Below are positions 63,501 to 64,000 of a DNA stretch of 64,000 bases, piece after piece. Source of the stretch: Nemertoderma westbladi (lineage: Eukaryota > Animalia > Xenacoelomorpha); NCBI GenBank assembly GCA_032718475.1, contig JAUCBJ010008056.1:62001-126000 (forward strand), written 5' to 3'. A model generated the notes under the pieces. The model worked only from the letters and a program-made list of their open reading frames with translations, made no database searches and was not told the origin of the DNA. The stretch's first letter is position 1; every line of letters begins with the position of its first letter. Both the position numbers and the translations under genes were made by a program.

Positions 63501-64000
63501 TCCCCGGTTTATTAGTAACCACAATGGGATGGCTCCATTCCACGGACCTGTCCCCAATACGCTCAATAACCCCCTTCCTTAACATCTGTTCGATTTCCGC
63601 CTTCGCTTTTTCGCGGTAGGGGATGGGGATGGAACGCGGCGCGTTTAGACAGAATGGGACTGCGCCGTCTACCAGCTCGATTTTCATTGGGGGCCCAACC
63701 ATGGGCTTTAATGTCCCCTTACAGTCGAACACATCCTTGTATTCTTCCAGGAGGGAAGTTTTTTCACTCCCTAATGTGGACTGGGAAGGCTGCGCCTCGC
63801 GCTCGTTGTCGGTGCTTCCGTTTATGGATGCCACCAGGTGTAGGGGTCGAGGGAACTCCGGGTGTACTATTCCTAGTCCGACACAGGCATTCTGCGAAAG
63901 GAAAATTGTATTAAATCCCAAATCGCGACATAAGTAGACAGTTTCTGTGTGGGTTTTACCACCCGTAGTCAGCTGCACATCGATGCAGCTGTCGCAGAAA
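60576..64000 (-). mobile_element. Gypsy copy B (3' LTR 60576-60872), running off the window
   Basis: Same family as Gypsy-A with a handful of substitutions. Confidence 0.95.
60901..64000 (-). CDS. Gypsy gag-pol, 3' part (end of protease, RT, RNase H, integrase), uninterrupted in this window
   Basis: 1025+ open codons; the start lies beyond the window. Confidence 0.9.
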   Translation of the reverse strand, partial: FCDSCIDVQLTTGGKTHTETVYLCRDLGFNTIFLSQNACVGLGIVHPEFPRPLHLVASINGSTDNEREAQPSQSTLGSEKTSLLEEYKDVFDCKGTLKPMVGPPMKIELVDGAVPFCLNAPRSIPIPYREKAKAEIEQMLRKGVIERIGDRSVEWSHPIVVTNKPGRPGEIRMTVDLTKLNSQVKRTIHTAPPPNSLVFDRTPGANVFTVLDAKSGYWQIELAEESRDLTTFITPWGRYRYCRAPMGFISSGDSFNYRGDLALNGLPQVKKIVDDILVEDTNIDEHRARVKQVLDRCRDNGITLNPEKLQYAQPSVRFAGYILNGEGVAADPNKVRAIGEYPTPLNITDLRSFMGLVNQLGYFSSEISTTASPLRDLLRVRNAFVWTRNHEDAFNATKAALVSPPVLASFDASLPTRLETDASRLHGLGYDLLQRHNDDWRLVACGSRFLTDPETRYATIELECIAIQYAIKKCRIYLAGLPTFTVVTDHRPLLAIFNSYNLDQVENRKIQKMKAELQSCYTFTVAWQKGKIHRIADALSRAPVDPAPDDPEDETPPIVAAIAAKLQHEETLHSSEVVNKPAQSAPLAPDSHDELVEELRAAAREDPEYRELVECIRTGNRNVRTTPAVQQYRSIIDNLSIYFDLVLYGDRLVIPTASRDEILRKLHAPHLGITRTKQRARTTVYWPGINADIERAVGQCDACQGHLPSLPKETLMADATPTRPFESASSDLFTLAGKHFIVYADRLSGYPVVLEWRNDPTAQQCVDAIRRFFVDLGVPNVLRTDGGPQYAADVFQRFLKAWGVRWEASTPHFPSSNGHAEASVKQIKTLLRKVQHPDIRSEEFQRGLLELRNTPRVNGRSPNETVFGRRLRTTIPAHHNHYKQQWQAEADTADKRAETQRGRAMEFYNRSAHDLPPIAIGDTVRIQDPRSKRWTRIGLVVEAGRRRDYRVKLNSGRTWWRNRRFIRRYHSTPQGGASEPPTKPPQSDEPDIPNNFETESKSALRKAYPRRPSTLAQRKTVHWDINDQNAMP

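Larger units (their letters stand above)
55337..63656. repeat. 4160-bp direct tandem duplication (55337-59496 / 59497-63656)
   Basis: All ORFs recur at +4160 with identical translations; junction AGAATG|GTCAGG. Confidence 0.95.

Overview
Eukaryotic, probably invertebrate, window made almost entirely of nested retrotransposons. From left to right: a frameshifted CRE-like RLE non-LTR element (- strand); a (TAC)n microsatellite split by a 12.6-kb non-autonomous BEL/Pao element, a tiny poly(A) retrocopy and a truncated CRE-like element that itself contains a 16.8-kb near-intact BEL/Pao element; a minisatellite-coding ORF interrupted by duplicated RTE fragments and a Mag-type Gypsy element; a 5'-inverted LINE; an RTE; two MITEs; a probable host F-type-lectin terminal exon; and a 4160-bp tandem duplication with more RTE and Gypsy copies. 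Best candidate for a new system: both BEL/Pao elements lack a tRNA primer-binding site. In each, the 11-12 nt directly after the 5' LTR are perfectly complementary to a different segment inside that element's own LTR, which suggests Tf1-style self-priming in BEL/Pao. The larger element also has TA...TA termini, a tRNA-like Pol III cassette in the LTR, an extra zinc-knuckle ORF after pol and at least 11 copies of a small stem-loop. A second oddity is a Gypsy copy with a proper target-site duplication (TSD) whose 5' LTR is replaced by a 69-bp U5 hairpin. All calls were made by eye; no searches or folding programs were run.
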